A program made the position numbers and the translations under genes. DNA of 64,000 nucleotides, taken from positions 1,860,001-1,924,000 of the forward strand of contig NEEC01000018.1 of NCBI GenBank assembly GCA_002189035.1, in the 5' to 3' direction. Positions 27,543-39,593 of the stretch are shown piece after piece. The stretch comes from Utricularia gibba. Its lineage: Eukaryota > Plantae > Magnoliophyta. Position 1 is the stretch's first letter; each line of letters starts with the position of its first letter. Under the pieces are notes generated by a model, which did no database searches, had not been told where the DNA came from, and saw nothing but the letters and a program-made list of their open reading frames with translations.

Positions 27543-29365
27543 TTCGCTCTATTAAAAAAATTATACATTTAAATACAAAAATTATTTTTACTTTATTTTA
27601 ATTTATTTCACTAGCCTTTTTAAATATCTATTTGATGTTATTTATTGAAAACAAATTTCTAGTGTTCTCTTTAACCATAGCTACGTTTTAAAATTAATTT
27701 TATTTTACTAAATCAATTCTATTCTTGTATAATTGATTATATCTTCTAAATATATAACTAATTTTTTAAGTAATTGGTTTTGAAAAAAGAATTTTCTATT
27801 TTATTAAATTTATTCTTAAAAAATATTTTTCAAGAAATAAATTCAACCCATATGTATATAGAAATATTCCATTTTAATTAAAGGCTATTTTAATAACCGC
27901 GCTTTAACTATGCTAAATACCAAATAATTCCATAAGTTTTTCATCCTCTTTTATTTCTTTCTGCTTTTAATTTTAATACAGTTTTACAAATAAATCCATT
28001 TTGAATTTCAGATTTATATTTTAATTCAAAATACATGAAGTGATGAAACCCTCCCTCGTCTTCTATCTTGGATCAGGTTAGGGTATTGTGTTTCTCGATG
28101 AGAAGATAACGCAGGGAGGGGAATGTGATGGAGATGGAATCCATTTCCCAAGGCTTACTCTGGAAGGCACTCGATGTGTCCGGACTGTCGAAGAGGATAT
28201 TGCGAAACTTTGGAGACAAAAAGATGCCTCCAACCCGACAAAGAAGACGTCTGAGATCGTTTCGTAAATCTATCTGATGCTGCAGCAGCTGTTGTCAAGT
28301 GTGTTGAAATATTGTATTGGAGAATTAGGTTGCCAATCCCACATTGCTAATTGAATCAATTTCAACTATTTTATATGAGAGCGTTATTCGATATTTTTGA
28401 TGGATTTGAGAATGAGCTATATTTTACATGCACGTAGAATTTTAATTTGTTAAATCGTGCAAACCTACCCGGGTTTAGGTTTTTTCTGTGGTATGGCTCC
28501 TACACAGAAGATGGTGGCCATCTTAGTATGTTGGATTCTTGTATATTCTTCTAATGATATCTTTTTTTTGAAATAGTAAAACGTAAAATCCTAAAAATTA
28601 GGTTATCAAAATGAACAATATTATTGTGAATGATGTGAACGGATGCCGGAGTTGTCTTCCAGCCATTTGACCCATGAGGTCTGAAACACAATAAAACAAA
28701 ATGGATTGGTTGAAGTTGTAATAAGCTGTTAATTAGGCGTCCGGGGGCCATGAATATGATTATTATATTTAACCTAAATAAAAAATTAGTTTTCCAATTT
28801 CAATAAATATATTAATTAAATCTGGACCTCAAAGTTGTGAATTACAAAAAATTATATTCATAATCAATAATTATTTATTCAGATTCATTCGATCTTTATA
28901 ATTGGAAACACACTTGTCATCATGTGAATGTGTCGGAATTGCAATTTGAAGTCTTGATTCCATTTCACTCGAATCAGATATATATATATATTTTTAAAAA
29001 ATGATTAATTAATTCGATTTAATGTGTTTTTTCCTTGTCGAATAAAAATAAATAAATAAATAGTTAATGTAATTCTTATTTAGTAAGTGTGCACTCGCAG
29101 GTGTCAGGATCAGGACGATTGAGTAGCAGCAGCAGTCCCGTGACTGAATCCAATCATACAGATGCCCGCATTCAATGCTGAAATTGGAATCTCCAGCTCA
29201 CGCCTGCAAACAAACCGCATTCAAGGAGTTGAAGGAGGAGGAGGATTTCCGATCGAACGTGGCAACTTGCTGCGTCGCCATGTGCGGCCAGCCCCATCCC
29301 AGAGCCAAGATGCTGGTGGAGCCCTGGAGATAAACCACCCACTCCCCATGCTTGTTTCTTTCTCC

Positions 29366-29372
29366 TATAAAA
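29366..29372 (+). promoter_or_regulatory. TATA box of the HyPRP gene
   Basis: TATAAAA 56 nt upstream of the ATG at 29422. Confidence 0.55.
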
Positions 29373-29421
29373 TCCCCCACTCCTCCCTCCACTGCAGTGC
29401 AGCGCAGGGAAATACAGAAAA

Positions 29422-29815
29422 ATGGCCTGCAACAAGACCCAATTCCTAGCCGTCCTCCTCGCTCTAAACCTCCTCTTCTTCACCGCCGCCAACGCCTGCG
29501 GCGAATGCAAGCCGGCCCCCAAGCCGAAGCCACTCCGAAGCCGATCCCAAAGCCCTACAGCTGCCCCATCGACGCCCTGAAGCTTGGGGTGTGCGCCAAC
29601 CTGCTGGGCTCCTTGCTGGGGATCACCATCGGGAGCCCCCCAAGACTCCCTGCTGCACTCTCATCGAAGGGCTGGCGGATCTGGAAGCCGCCGTCTGCCT
29701 CTGCACTGCCATCAAGGCGAATGTTCTCGGGATCCATCTGAATGTTCCCGTTTCCCTCAGCCTGCTCCTCAACGTCTGCTCCAAGAAGGTTCCCCCTGGC
29801 TGGAGTTGCTACTAG
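29422..29815 (+). pseudogene. Hybrid proline-rich protein (14 kDa DC2.15/EARLI1-like, 8CM domain) broken by two -1 frameshifts; pseudogene or assembly error
   Basis: Signal peptide, KP repeats and [15 protein letters not shown]...[28 protein letters not shown]...LLLNVCSK lie in three different frames. Adding one C at about 29531 and one at 29636-29641 restores a 131-aa ORF. Confidence 0.85.
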
Positions 29816-32071
29816 AGGAGATTCATGCATTTCATTGCAGTTCACTCATTTCTTATCACACATGTTGTTGTTCTTGAGTTGTTTCATCTGCCAATGTTGT
29901 TGGTGTTTGTAATAAGGGCACCTCAAGTGTTGTAGTAATAATAGCAGCTTTGATTTCAAGTGCGTGGTTACATTCCATTGCCCATGTCCTTCTGTCCATT
30001 TACCTTCCCAAAAATTTTGAACTTTGATCAAAATACCAAATTTCGAAAGAATTTAGCTCATAATTTCATATTATAAAATGTTTTAATAAAAAATAAACAT
30101 TACCCAAATAGGAAAAAGTGGGCATGTGATTCATTTCCGCCAATGGGATAATTGACAAAAAAACCCACTACCAAAAAAAAATATAACATTATAAAAATGA
30201 TTAATAATTAGCCAAAGATGGTGTGTGTGTATTTTAATTTTTAATTATTGAGGATTATTTTAAAAAAAGTGAAAATGATTTATGAGGTGGAAAAACGGCT
30301 GCCAGATCATGAAAGGGATGCTGGATGAGGATTCTGGGTCCTACAAACTGACAGCATCACGTGCCACATCGACTGCACGTCCGTGACCTGTTTCAGTTAC
30401 ACGTGGACATTTCTTAGCCACAAAAACACTCCAACAAAAATCAAGCACTTTTTTTAATATGTGATTTGATTGACATAATTTTATAAGAAAATGTTAGCAA
30501 CAAATTAACATTTAATTTTATGTTGTAAATGATTTTTTCATTCTAGAAATTTGAGCAGAATTTTTTTAATAAAAATAATTATTTATTAAAAGAATATTAC
30601 AAATATTTTAAATTTTTTAATAATCACATATAATAAATTTATACTACGAATCAAAATATTTTATAAATTTTGAATATAATTTCCATAATTTATCCTCTCT
30701 CCTCTCCATAATGCTCTTGAACGAAATCATGATGGAAGCCGATGTCGGCCATGTGTTGGGCCAACAAATCAGGTCCAGATTATTGAGCCTGCGGAAGGAG
30801 GCCCAACATCCGTCTCAAGTTCGGACAGGCATCCATCCGGATGACCAAAGCCAACGCCGAGTTGCCTCATAGTTTCTTACAAGCTAAAAAAACATTTTAA
30901 TAATAATTTACTATCAATTTTAAAAATAATAATTCGAAATTTCTAGAATTTGTTGACTCATATCATATTTGGTTTCATCAAGGGATTGGTCCACGTGGCG
31001 TGAGACAGATTCGGAATGTGTCCGACGTGTACGTTTTTTTTATTAGGTGATAATAATCCAGAAATAAAATTCCCAAGAAGGAATGAAATCAACCGGCTGT
31101 ACAAATGCGACGTGTGCTAGGAAAAAAACGGGGTAGAAATTACATCGCTCTCTTCATTAAAAATTCGATGGCCACTTTCTATGCACAAAAATTGATTGAA
31201 AATAATAATAACAAACAAATAATAAATAAAAAAATAAAAAAATACAAATATTTGAATATGACCACTGTAGTTATCGTCCTCTCCTTGCATGTCATGGTCT
31301 TGGTGTTAATGTCGCCCTTTATTTCGCATGTATGGATGCTGTGTTCATGCCTTTCTTTTTTGTTTGATAGATAAAAATCCATTAGAACAAACAATTTTAT
31401 ATTAAGAATTAAAATTCAAATAATAGAATATATTGAAAATTACATATTACTAATTATTAATTAGACTTAATCTTTTCTAATATGATTTATATTTCAGATG
31501 TTCTTACTTGAACGCTTGATTCATCAAATTCTTAATTTCAAAAAAATCTACACACAAAAGATCAAAATTTCCCCAAGCCCATGTTTTTTTCATATGAAAT
31601 GACCTTGAATTCAGATTGGGATAAAATTTTAAAAATACTTATTATTTTTAAAATGTCGTAGAATTGTAGCTTATGTTTTATTAGAAGTACTTTTTGAAAA
31701 ATATTTTCGAGATTTAGAACGTAATAAAGCTTAAATTTATCTTTACATAAACATATGCGAGTATCGAGTTTATGATATAAGAGTATGCTTTCTATAAGAT
31801 GAAGTGTTATTTTATGAAAATATTACATAATAATAATATTGGGTTGGTGATGAGATGTGATATGTAATGTTATTTATTAAATATTTTAGTAATTTTTATT
31901 TATGTAACAATTTCAAATAACATTAATATCATAAATAAAATTTTATTAATATAATGTAGTAAATTGTATAATATCAAAGACATGTATATATATGGAGAGA
32001 GACATTGGAGCAGGAATAGAAATCTCCATTTTGCTTTCTCCAGCCATCCCAAACGCCAAAGCCTTACAACC

Positions 32072-32524
32072 ATGGAGGAAAGCCAAAGAGAAATGCAGCT
32101 ACTGTCTCCATCTTCGTCCTCCGATCCTCCGGCGTGGTCCAAAACGGAGGCCTCCGATGATGTCCCAGCTCCATCCCTCGACCTCGAGCTGTCCATAAGC
32201 GTCGCAACTCCTCTGAAGCCGCCACCCTCAGAGTGCGTTGTCCCGAGGGAAGCTATGGATCCTGGCTGCATCAAAGCTCTGAAATGGCAGGCTGAGGAGC
32301 AGCTCCGGCTGGCGAGGATCGAGAGAGCGTACGCCGAGCGTCTGAGGGAGCTGACGAGAAGGGAGATGGAGCTTGCGCAGGCGGAATTCTCGAGAGCAAG
32401 GAGCATTTGGGAGATGGCCAGAAGTGAGGTTGAAAGAGCTGAACAGCTCAAGATCAAAGCTTCGCAGCGGGAGGTCGGGCCTTCTGGGTTGGAGATCACT
32501 TGCTGCTCTTGCAGGCACAAGTAG
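32072..32524 (+). CDS. IDD14/15/16 (SGR5)-type C-terminal coiled-coil protein lacking the ID zinc fingers, 150 aa
   Basis: LDLELSIS (EAR-like), EQLRLARIERAYAERLRELTRREMELAQAEFSRAR and LEITCCSCR. A TATATATA box sits at 31985-31992. Single exon. Confidence 0.8.
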   Translation: MEESQREMQLLSPSSSSDPPAWSKTEASDDVPAPSLDLELSISVATPLKPPPSECVVPREAMDPGCIKALKWQAEEQLRLARIERAYAERLRELTRREMELAQAEFSRARSIWEMARSEVERAEQLKIKASQREVGPSGLEITCCSCRHK

Positions 32525-33621
32525 AAACACAGTACTGCTTCCCCCCACCTAAAAAATGGAGGATTCTTCTGAACTCCCCTAGTTACAATAAGATGCATAC
32601 ATTTATTTAGATGCATTTGCTCCACACCCTAGATGATTAATATTACTTCAATATGCAACTTACTATTCTTAAGTATTTGAAGAGCATTCTCTAAACTAAA
32701 TCACCTTTTTTTTACTTCAACATCGCGAAGTTTGTGTTTTTCCAAGAACAAATGCATTATGATTCAGCCCTTATAAAAATTTTCGTAAGAGACTGTGGAT
32801 GCTGCTATGGATGATGGCTGCGCGAGGTGTGTTGAAAATGGGAAAGGTGAGAGTAGAACTCTGTGATGAACTAACAGAAAGAAGCAGGAACCAAGAAAAA
32901 GAAAAGAAATGAAAATGGAGGTAGGTTTGGTAGCATGGTCCTCTCTCTTCTCTCACTATACCATAAAGAGAGTGCGTGTGGGTGTAGTTTTAAATTATTG
33001 ACCTCCTTTGAATAGGATTAAAGGCACACACTCCTTCCATGGTCCATGGATTCGATTGTCTGGTTCCCTTTGATGCAAAACCCAATGAATGTTGAAGCCA
33101 GCAGCAGCAAGGCACGTAGTTCCCATTTCTGCAAGATCCTTGGAGAAGCTGTTGAAATGCGCTGTGGGGAATGATGGGAAGCCATCGCCTGACGCTGCTC
33201 AGCATTCCACGCCGCCGTGACCGGGAGTCCCGGAGAGGGAGGCACACAGAGAAGACAAGTGGCTGGCTCCATCATGGGATTTGAGTTCCCGTGAGTGGTG
33301 TGGACGCCCAAGTGTGGTTTTGCGTGATGGCTCCTCTGTCCAGTGGACCTCGTAGTTGAGGAAATGACTAGTCGAGGTGCGGGACAGAGGGAGGTATATT
33401 GAGTCGAATTTACAGCAAAAGAATAGGGTTTTTTGTTGGTGTAACAATCAAAGCACACGGAGTTAGAGCCAGTGGATTGTGAATGTGGGGAGTGGAGTCA
33501 TTCAATAAAAGGGCAAGTGGAAGGAAACAAAAAGGGGGAAGAGGTGAAGAGGAAGAAGACACTGTGAAGTTTGTATACAACTTGTTTAGCATTACTTGCA
33601 CCCACAAAAGCACCACCCACT

Positions 33622-33650
33622 GTCTGTCTGTCTGTCTCTCTGTGTGTGTG
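33622..33650. repeat. (TGTC)n/(TG)n microsatellite
   Basis: TGTCTGTCTGTCTGTCTCTCTGTGTGTGTG seen directly. Confidence 0.75.
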
Positions 33651-34504
33651 GGATCAGTAGACACAACAGAACAGAAACAAACGTTTGGGGATAAGGCGGA
33701 GGAGATGGACTCCTGGAAAAAGCACTCGTTTTCTTTTTCTTTTCTGAAGCAGCCCATCTGAGATGCTGCTCTCTTTCACGATTCTAGAGAGCAGAAGGGG
33801 AGGAAGACAAACAGTAGTGCACGCACTGTTTCACAATACAAACAACGGAAATGCTGCCAATTTTGCTGTCATTTATTACTTGGATTTGTGGCATCTTTTT
33901 CCACCAGCCCATGATTCTTGAATCAATAGGTTTTTTGTTCGGTTTCTCAACATACAAACCACCAAATTCACACAATGGTGCAAGTAGTTAATATTCATCA
34001 CCTTTTCCTCCAACCCTAAACCCTAAATTTTAGGTTTAAGCGATTAGGGCAACACGATTACAATCAAATTGGGGGATAAAATTGATTCAATGGACAATCA
34101 AAATCAAAGATGTTGTCATTGTACCTTGAGAATTCAAATCTATGTGCTAATAGTTATGGTAGTGATTCTTTGAGTTAGTTAAGGTTGAGTTTGGCTGATG
34201 GTATTAAAATAAAAAAATATTAATTGATTTGAATTTAAGGAAAAATAATCTTAAAAATTATTTTTTTTATATGTTGTCTCATTAATAAGATATAAGTATA
34301 TTGTATACTATGTATATGGGATATATATTATTTATAATAATATTGAGGAGTATTTTTTTAAATTAATATTTCAGAATTTTTTTAATGTATTTAATAAAAA
34401 AAGTGAAATGAATATAATATAATTGATATTTTTTATTTAATTTTTTTTAATTTCATTAACGAATCATTTGGGTCATTATGCTGCACCGCATGAGGCCTAA
34501 TTTG

Positions 34505-34540
34505 AACTGGCGGCCCAATTTCATCGTGGGGCCCATAGAT
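34505..34540. promoter_or_regulatory. Site II / TCP elements upstream of EXO70B
   Basis: GGCCCAAT and GTGGGGCCCA about 220-245 nt before the ATG. Confidence 0.45.
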
Positions 34541-34753
34541 CGCTACGTGGTCTTAGAAAGGTCGCTTTTATTTACATGAATTGTTTATTAGGTTAATGAC
34601 GCAACGTTGAGCCCATTTTTAGGATTAGGCAGTCAGCACGGCAACGCGCCGAAATGAGCGCAGTCTTGTCCGAATTCTGAGCATTTCTGGAATTTTTCTG
34701 CTTGTATATGATCCCAGAAGCAGGCGTGGAATTCGGAGGAAAGTATTCAGTAG

Positions 34754-36679
34754 ATGGCGGCTACTGAAGGAGAGGACAAAGTATTGGCCACCGCCCAGCG
34801 GATCGTGAAGTCGCTGGGTAAAACGTCCGACGCGGAAGATATGCTTCTGATACTGTCGGCTTTCGATAACCGTCTCTCAGGGCTTTCCTCATTCGTATCG
34901 GACGAAGGAGGGGCCGAGGAGACGAGTTCTCTGGATCCTAGATTCGAATCTGCTGAACGGGTTATTTTAGAGAAAGCTGATTCGAGGCCGGTTTCGGATG
35001 AGTACTTAGCAGCGATTGACGAAATTATTCGGTTTGCTGCTGAATGGAGTCTTGAGTGTGGAGACGATCGTGGGAGTGAAGCGACTGAGCGTGCGGATGA
35101 TGCGTTGCAGCTTTCTATGGCGAAGTTGGAGGATGAGTTTCGTTATCTTCTGGTTAGGAATAACATTCCTGTTGAACCTGATCGACTTCACCACCCCCGG
35201 TTTTCGTGTTCGCGGATTTCGGCTGAGGGGTCCGAGTATTTCACTGATGAATCTAATGAGAGTCCTAAACAAGTTGGTGGATGCAGTAGATTTAGTCACC
35301 GGGGTGGTGTTAGTTCTGGTTGGGATGAGATTTCCTTTGATTTGATTCATCCCGACGCTGTGACTGAACTTAATGAGATTGCGGATAGGATGATTCGAGC
35401 TGGGTATGAAAAGGAATGTTGTCATATTTATTGTAGTCTTCGTCGTGATGCATTGGAAGAGGACATGGTGATACTTGGGGTTGAGAAACTGAGCATCGAG
35501 GAAGTGCAGAGGATCGAATGGGATTCTTTAGATGATAAGATGAGAAAATGGGCACAAGCTGTGAGGATAGTTGTTAGAGGTCTGCTGATGGGTGAGAAGC
35601 GTTTGTGTGAGATGATTTTTTATGGGTCTGATTTGATTAAAGAAGCATGCTTTTTGGAGACCACAAAAGGCTGTGTGATGCAGATGTTGAATTTTGGGGA
35701 AGCTGTGGCGATAGGGAAAAGGTCTGCAGAGAAAATGTCCAGCATTCTGTATATGTATGATGAACTCTCTCTGGCTATGCCGGATATACAGATTTTATAC
35801 GGGGGCAATGATGTAAGTAGTATGGTGTATAATGAGGCTAAGGCTGTGTTGGATGGGTTGGCAGAAGCTGCCATTGGAGCTTTGGTGGAATTTGAGAATG
35901 CAGTTCAAGGGGAGGCATCAAAGAAGCTTGTACATGATGGAGACGTTCACCCCTTCTCTAGTTATGTCATGAATACATTGAAGGTGCTGGTGTATTCAAG
36001 GAATACTTTGAATTCACTTTTGGAGAAAGCAACTGCCAACTCCAGAATTGCAGAGAGCAGTGATGGCTCTGATTCAGAATCCAGGACTCCCATTGCTCGG
36101 AAGCTGTTGGCACTCATCACTTCATTGGAGTCGAATATCCAAGAGAAAGCCAAACTGTATGAGGATCCATCAATGCAGTGCATATTTTTGATGAACAATA
36201 CATTTTACATTGTGGAGAATGTGAAAGATACTGAACTCCAAAACCTTTTGGGTGTCGAGTGGATCAAGAAGCGGCGGGGGCTGATTCGACAGTATGCAAC
36301 AATGTATCTCAGGGCGGCATGGAGCCAACCCCTGTCCTATTTGAAGGATGAAGGGATTGGTGGAAGCCCCAGCAATTCAAAGTTGGCTCTGAAAGAGAGG
36401 TTCAAGAATTTCAATGCTTGTTTTGAAAACATCCACAGGATTCAAACAGCTTGGAGGATCCGGGACACACGTCTAGGAGATGATCTCCGGATATCAATTG
36501 CACAGAAGGTAATCCCAGCCTACCGCTCTTTCTTGGGACGATTCGGTAGCCTCATGGAAAGCAGTAGACATTCAGGAAGATACATAAAATATAATCCAGA
36601 GGAACTGGAGAGTTTTTTGCTGGACTTGTTTGCAGGAAAGCCCCTTGTTTTGAACCATATCAGAAGAAAAAATGGCTAA
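34754..36679 (+). CDS. EXO70B: Exocyst subunit EXO70B-type, intronless, 641 aa
   Basis: GEDKVLATAQRIVKSL...DMLLILSAFDNRLS, AMAKLEDEF-like, LGVEKLSIEEVQRIEW, GDVHPFSSYVMN, IFLMNN and ERFKNFNACFE. Confidence 0.93.
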   Translation: MAATEGEDKVLATAQRIVKSLGKTSDAEDMLLILSAFDNRLSGLSSFVSDEGGAEETSSLDPRFESAERVILEKADSRPVSDEYLAAIDEIIRFAAEWSLECGDDRGSEATERADDALQLSMAKLEDEFRYLLVRNNIPVEPDRLHHPRFSCSRISAEGSEYFTDESNESPKQVGGCSRFSHRGGVSSGWDEISFDLIHPDAVTELNEIADRMIRAGYEKECCHIYCSLRRDALEEDMVILGVEKLSIEEVQRIEWDSLDDKMRKWAQAVRIVVRGLLMGEKRLCEMIFYGSDLIKEACFLETTKGCVMQMLNFGEAVAIGKRSAEKMSSILYMYDELSLAMPDIQILYGGNDVSSMVYNEAKAVLDGLAEAAIGALVEFENAVQGEASKKLVHDGDVHPFSSYVMNTLKVLVYSRNTLNSLLEKATANSRIAESSDGSDSESRTPIARKLLALITSLESNIQEKAKLYEDPSMQCIFLMNNTFYIVENVKDTELQNLLGVEWIKKRRGLIRQYATMYLRAAWSQPLSYLKDEGIGGSPSNSKLALKERFKNFNACFENIHRIQTAWRIRDTRLGDDLRISIAQKVIPAYRSFLGRFGSLMESSRHSGRYIKYNPEELESFLLDLFAGKPLVLNHIRRKNG

Positions 36680-37268
36680 CAGGTCACTTTACAGGAGAGT
36701 CTTAGACTTCTGAGAGCTCCCTTGCTGATCTGACTGTTTTGTACAATTAGCTGCTTGGGTTCTATATCTCAGGGTCATATTTTGCTTGAGAAGTCTTTCG
36801 GATTCATCATCTGGGAGCCGCTAATACAGTGTAGTAGTTTAGATAGTACACACCATGAAGTCATTACATGATTAACCGTCATCCAACAAGAAAAACTGCT
36901 AGTATACTCAAACGGGTCGGATCGTGTCCACCCGAACTAGAGCTTTTGCGGATCCAATCTAACTTCTGTTGTTTCCTCCGCTACATCTGATAAATATTCT
37001 GTCGTGTTTTTATTAGAAAAAGACCTTTTTTTCTAAATATCATTGCAGAAAAAGAGAGATTTCCTCCGCAGCATCTCATGAAGCCCCTCCATTTTCATGT
37101 ACATCCATTCATCTTCTTCTGTTTTAAGAAAAGAAAATGTTCCTTTGGTATCATTCCGGGGATGAATCTCCCCCCCTTTTCGTTCTTTTTGGCGCGTAAA
37201 GAAGGAAGGATATGAACGATCAAAGCAAAGGGACCATGGGGCATTCGTAGACGAAAAGATTTGATGCC

Positions 37269-38766
37269 ATGGAAGCTATGGAAGACATTGTTGTGATTGT
37301 TGGGTTGATCGGGGTTCAGATTTTGTACGCCGGAACCTCCATATTGCTTGGCTATTTCCTCAAGCTGGGACTTCAGCCTTTTGATCTTATAATTTTTGCT
37401 AATTTTGCAACGTTTCTAGTGCTCTTTCCTCTTTCCATCCGCTTTGAAAGGTGAATGCATGCTTTATTGTGGAAGATTTCTCATTGCCTCTGCCTTTTTA
37501 TGTGACCCCTGATGACTGGAGCTTCAATCATGTAGACGAAAATGGCCAAAGAGAATCAGTTATAACCTTGCATGTCAGCTCCTGCTACTCTCTTTTGGAG
37601 GGTGAGACAAGTTACAAGCAAAAAGGCTTATATCTCTTTGGTTTTGTTGCATCTTGCAGTTTCTAACCTCTCTGTGCAGGGTTACAGTTTACCAGTCTCT
37701 GTTCATGAAGGGTGTGAGTCTAACTTCACCAACAATTGCCACAGCAATGCCAAATCTGGCACCAGGCCTTGTGTTCCTCATTGCCTGGGTTTTCGGGTAC
37801 ACTTTTTCTACAAACTCAGTGTCTGAAAGCCTTGCTTGTTAGATCTTACGCTTGTTATTCAGACTGGAGAAGTTGAAGTTGGGTTGCCGGTACACAAGAG
37901 CAAAGATTTTGGGGACATTTCTCTGTGTATTCGGTGCAATATTAATGAGCCTGATGCAGAGTTCCTTCAGAGGAGATGAGGCAAACTCCCACATTTCCAT
38001 AGGCTACGTGTTCTTTGATAACAAGACGATCACTGGCTGCTCTTATCTCATTGCATCTGTCTTTGTGTTGTCCTTACAAGTAGTGCTTCAGGTACTTACA
38101 GCATGCAATACAAGAACCAGGGTTGTGTATACGATCTGAAAAATCATGTGAATCACACTTTTTTGCAGGCCATAACTCTAACGCATCTCCCAGCTCCAAT
38201 GTCACTTTGTTCCATAATCTCAGTGCTCGGTGTTGCCATCACTGTGCTGATTCAAATGATCCTGGATCACATGTCTCTTCCAGAATGGCCTTCAGCCGCT
38301 ATCGACGACATTATCCTCTACTCCATGCTGGTGAGCTGCAAAAGATAACATGTGAGAAAACACAGTTGTTTTCTGATTTCTGTGTTGGCACAGACAGGCG
38401 TTCTGGGGGGAATGTGTGTGAGCTTCAACACATGGGCAGTGAAGAGAAGAGGCCCTGTCATGGTCTCCATATTCACCCCTCTTGCAACAGTCCTTTCCGC
38501 CATCTTCTCTGCGATCCTGTGGAGCGAATCAATCGCCATTGGAAGGTAAAGCTTCTGGCTGATGCTGAAAATGTGAAGCGATCCTTACTGCGCCATCCAT
38601 CATCATCATCATCATCATCACTTTCAGCTTTGGAGGCATGCTGATGATGTTCATCGGTCTGTATATGGTGTTGTGGGCCAAGAGACAGGAAGAACGCCAA
38701 GAGAGTAAGCCAGCTTCTGTGTTGTCTGAGAACGACGGCGGCTCACACAGGCCTCTCTTGTGTTGA
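37269..38766 (+). CDS. WAT1-related / UMAMIT (nodulin MtN21, EamA) transporter, 7 exons
   Basis: VQILYAG, TSPTIATAMPNLAPGLVFLIAW, LEK...AKILGTFLCVFGA, KRRGPVMVSIFTPL and GLYMVLWAK; junctions are in phase. Confidence 0.92.
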
Positions 38767-39564
38767 ACCATCTTGCACAGGGGAACTCCATGCCTTCGTA
38801 ATAGTCTGTGATTTGAAATTATGTTTCATATTATAGATTATATAGAAAAAGAATTTTATGTGAATATAATTAATTTGAGATTGTAAAATTGTTTTGTGAC
38901 ATCATATAAAATTTAGTAAAATAAAAATATATATTGTAAAATTTAATATATTAAATTATTATATAATTTAATATTATGATATAAATATATTTTTAATAAA
39001 TAAAAATTGAATAATATGATTTTTAATTAATTTATCATTTAATTTCCAAAAATAGAGATTCAATAATCTTTCAAGTTAATCGTAAAATATAAATTTCTGA
39101 TTTTAATATAAAATAACTAAATATTAGAATCTTCAAACATTAAATAAAATCATTTTAAAAAATTAATAACATAAAACAAGTCATTGTTTAGAATAGAGAT
39201 TAGGTTTAGGGATTTGGAGGATAAAAGTGTAATTTCATATAAAATTAAAAAAATTCTCATTTTAAAATAATTTATAAATAATTATATCCCAAGCCCACAC
39301 ATTAAATAGGTGTCACCCTTTAAGCGTAATGGTTAATGGAGTTAGATAATCCAAAAAAACAGGGATAAGGAAGGATGATCCCTAGTCACAAATATCTTGT
39401 CCATGTGGGCATTTGGAGAAGCTTCGTGGAATATATGTTGGGGGCGGGGCAAGGAGTGTAAGGTTGCCCCAGACGCAACTCTGATGGCTACGCTTCCACA
39501 GGAATACATATTACATATTATTATTATTTGGGAGAGATAAGGAAAGACTGATTCTTGTGGAGAG

Positions 39565-39593
39565 CATGGCATGGCATGGCATGGCATGTCATG
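39565..39593. repeat. (CATGG)n pentanucleotide tandem repeat
   Basis: CATGGCATGGCATGGCATGGCATGTCATG seen directly. Confidence 0.8.

Noticed and set aside
28335-28380. ATCCCACATTG resembling the snRNA USE, followed by a TATA-like tract
   Set aside because: It has one mismatch to the USE, and no U-snRNA, 7SL or U3 sequence follows.
31900-32625. 241-aa antisense ORF opposite the IDD-tail gene
   Set aside because: A shadow frame of the GC-rich coiled-coil CDS with no domain features or promoter evidence.
33255-33335. TGGCTGGCTCC / GGAGCCA motifs resembling miR160 and its star
   Set aside because: The two motifs are direct rather than inverted repeats, so they cannot form a duplex, and there are many mismatches to miR160.
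34010-34040. AACCCTAAACCCTAAA telomere-like repeat
   Set aside because: Only two units; consistent with an ordinary telobox rather than an interstitial telomere array.
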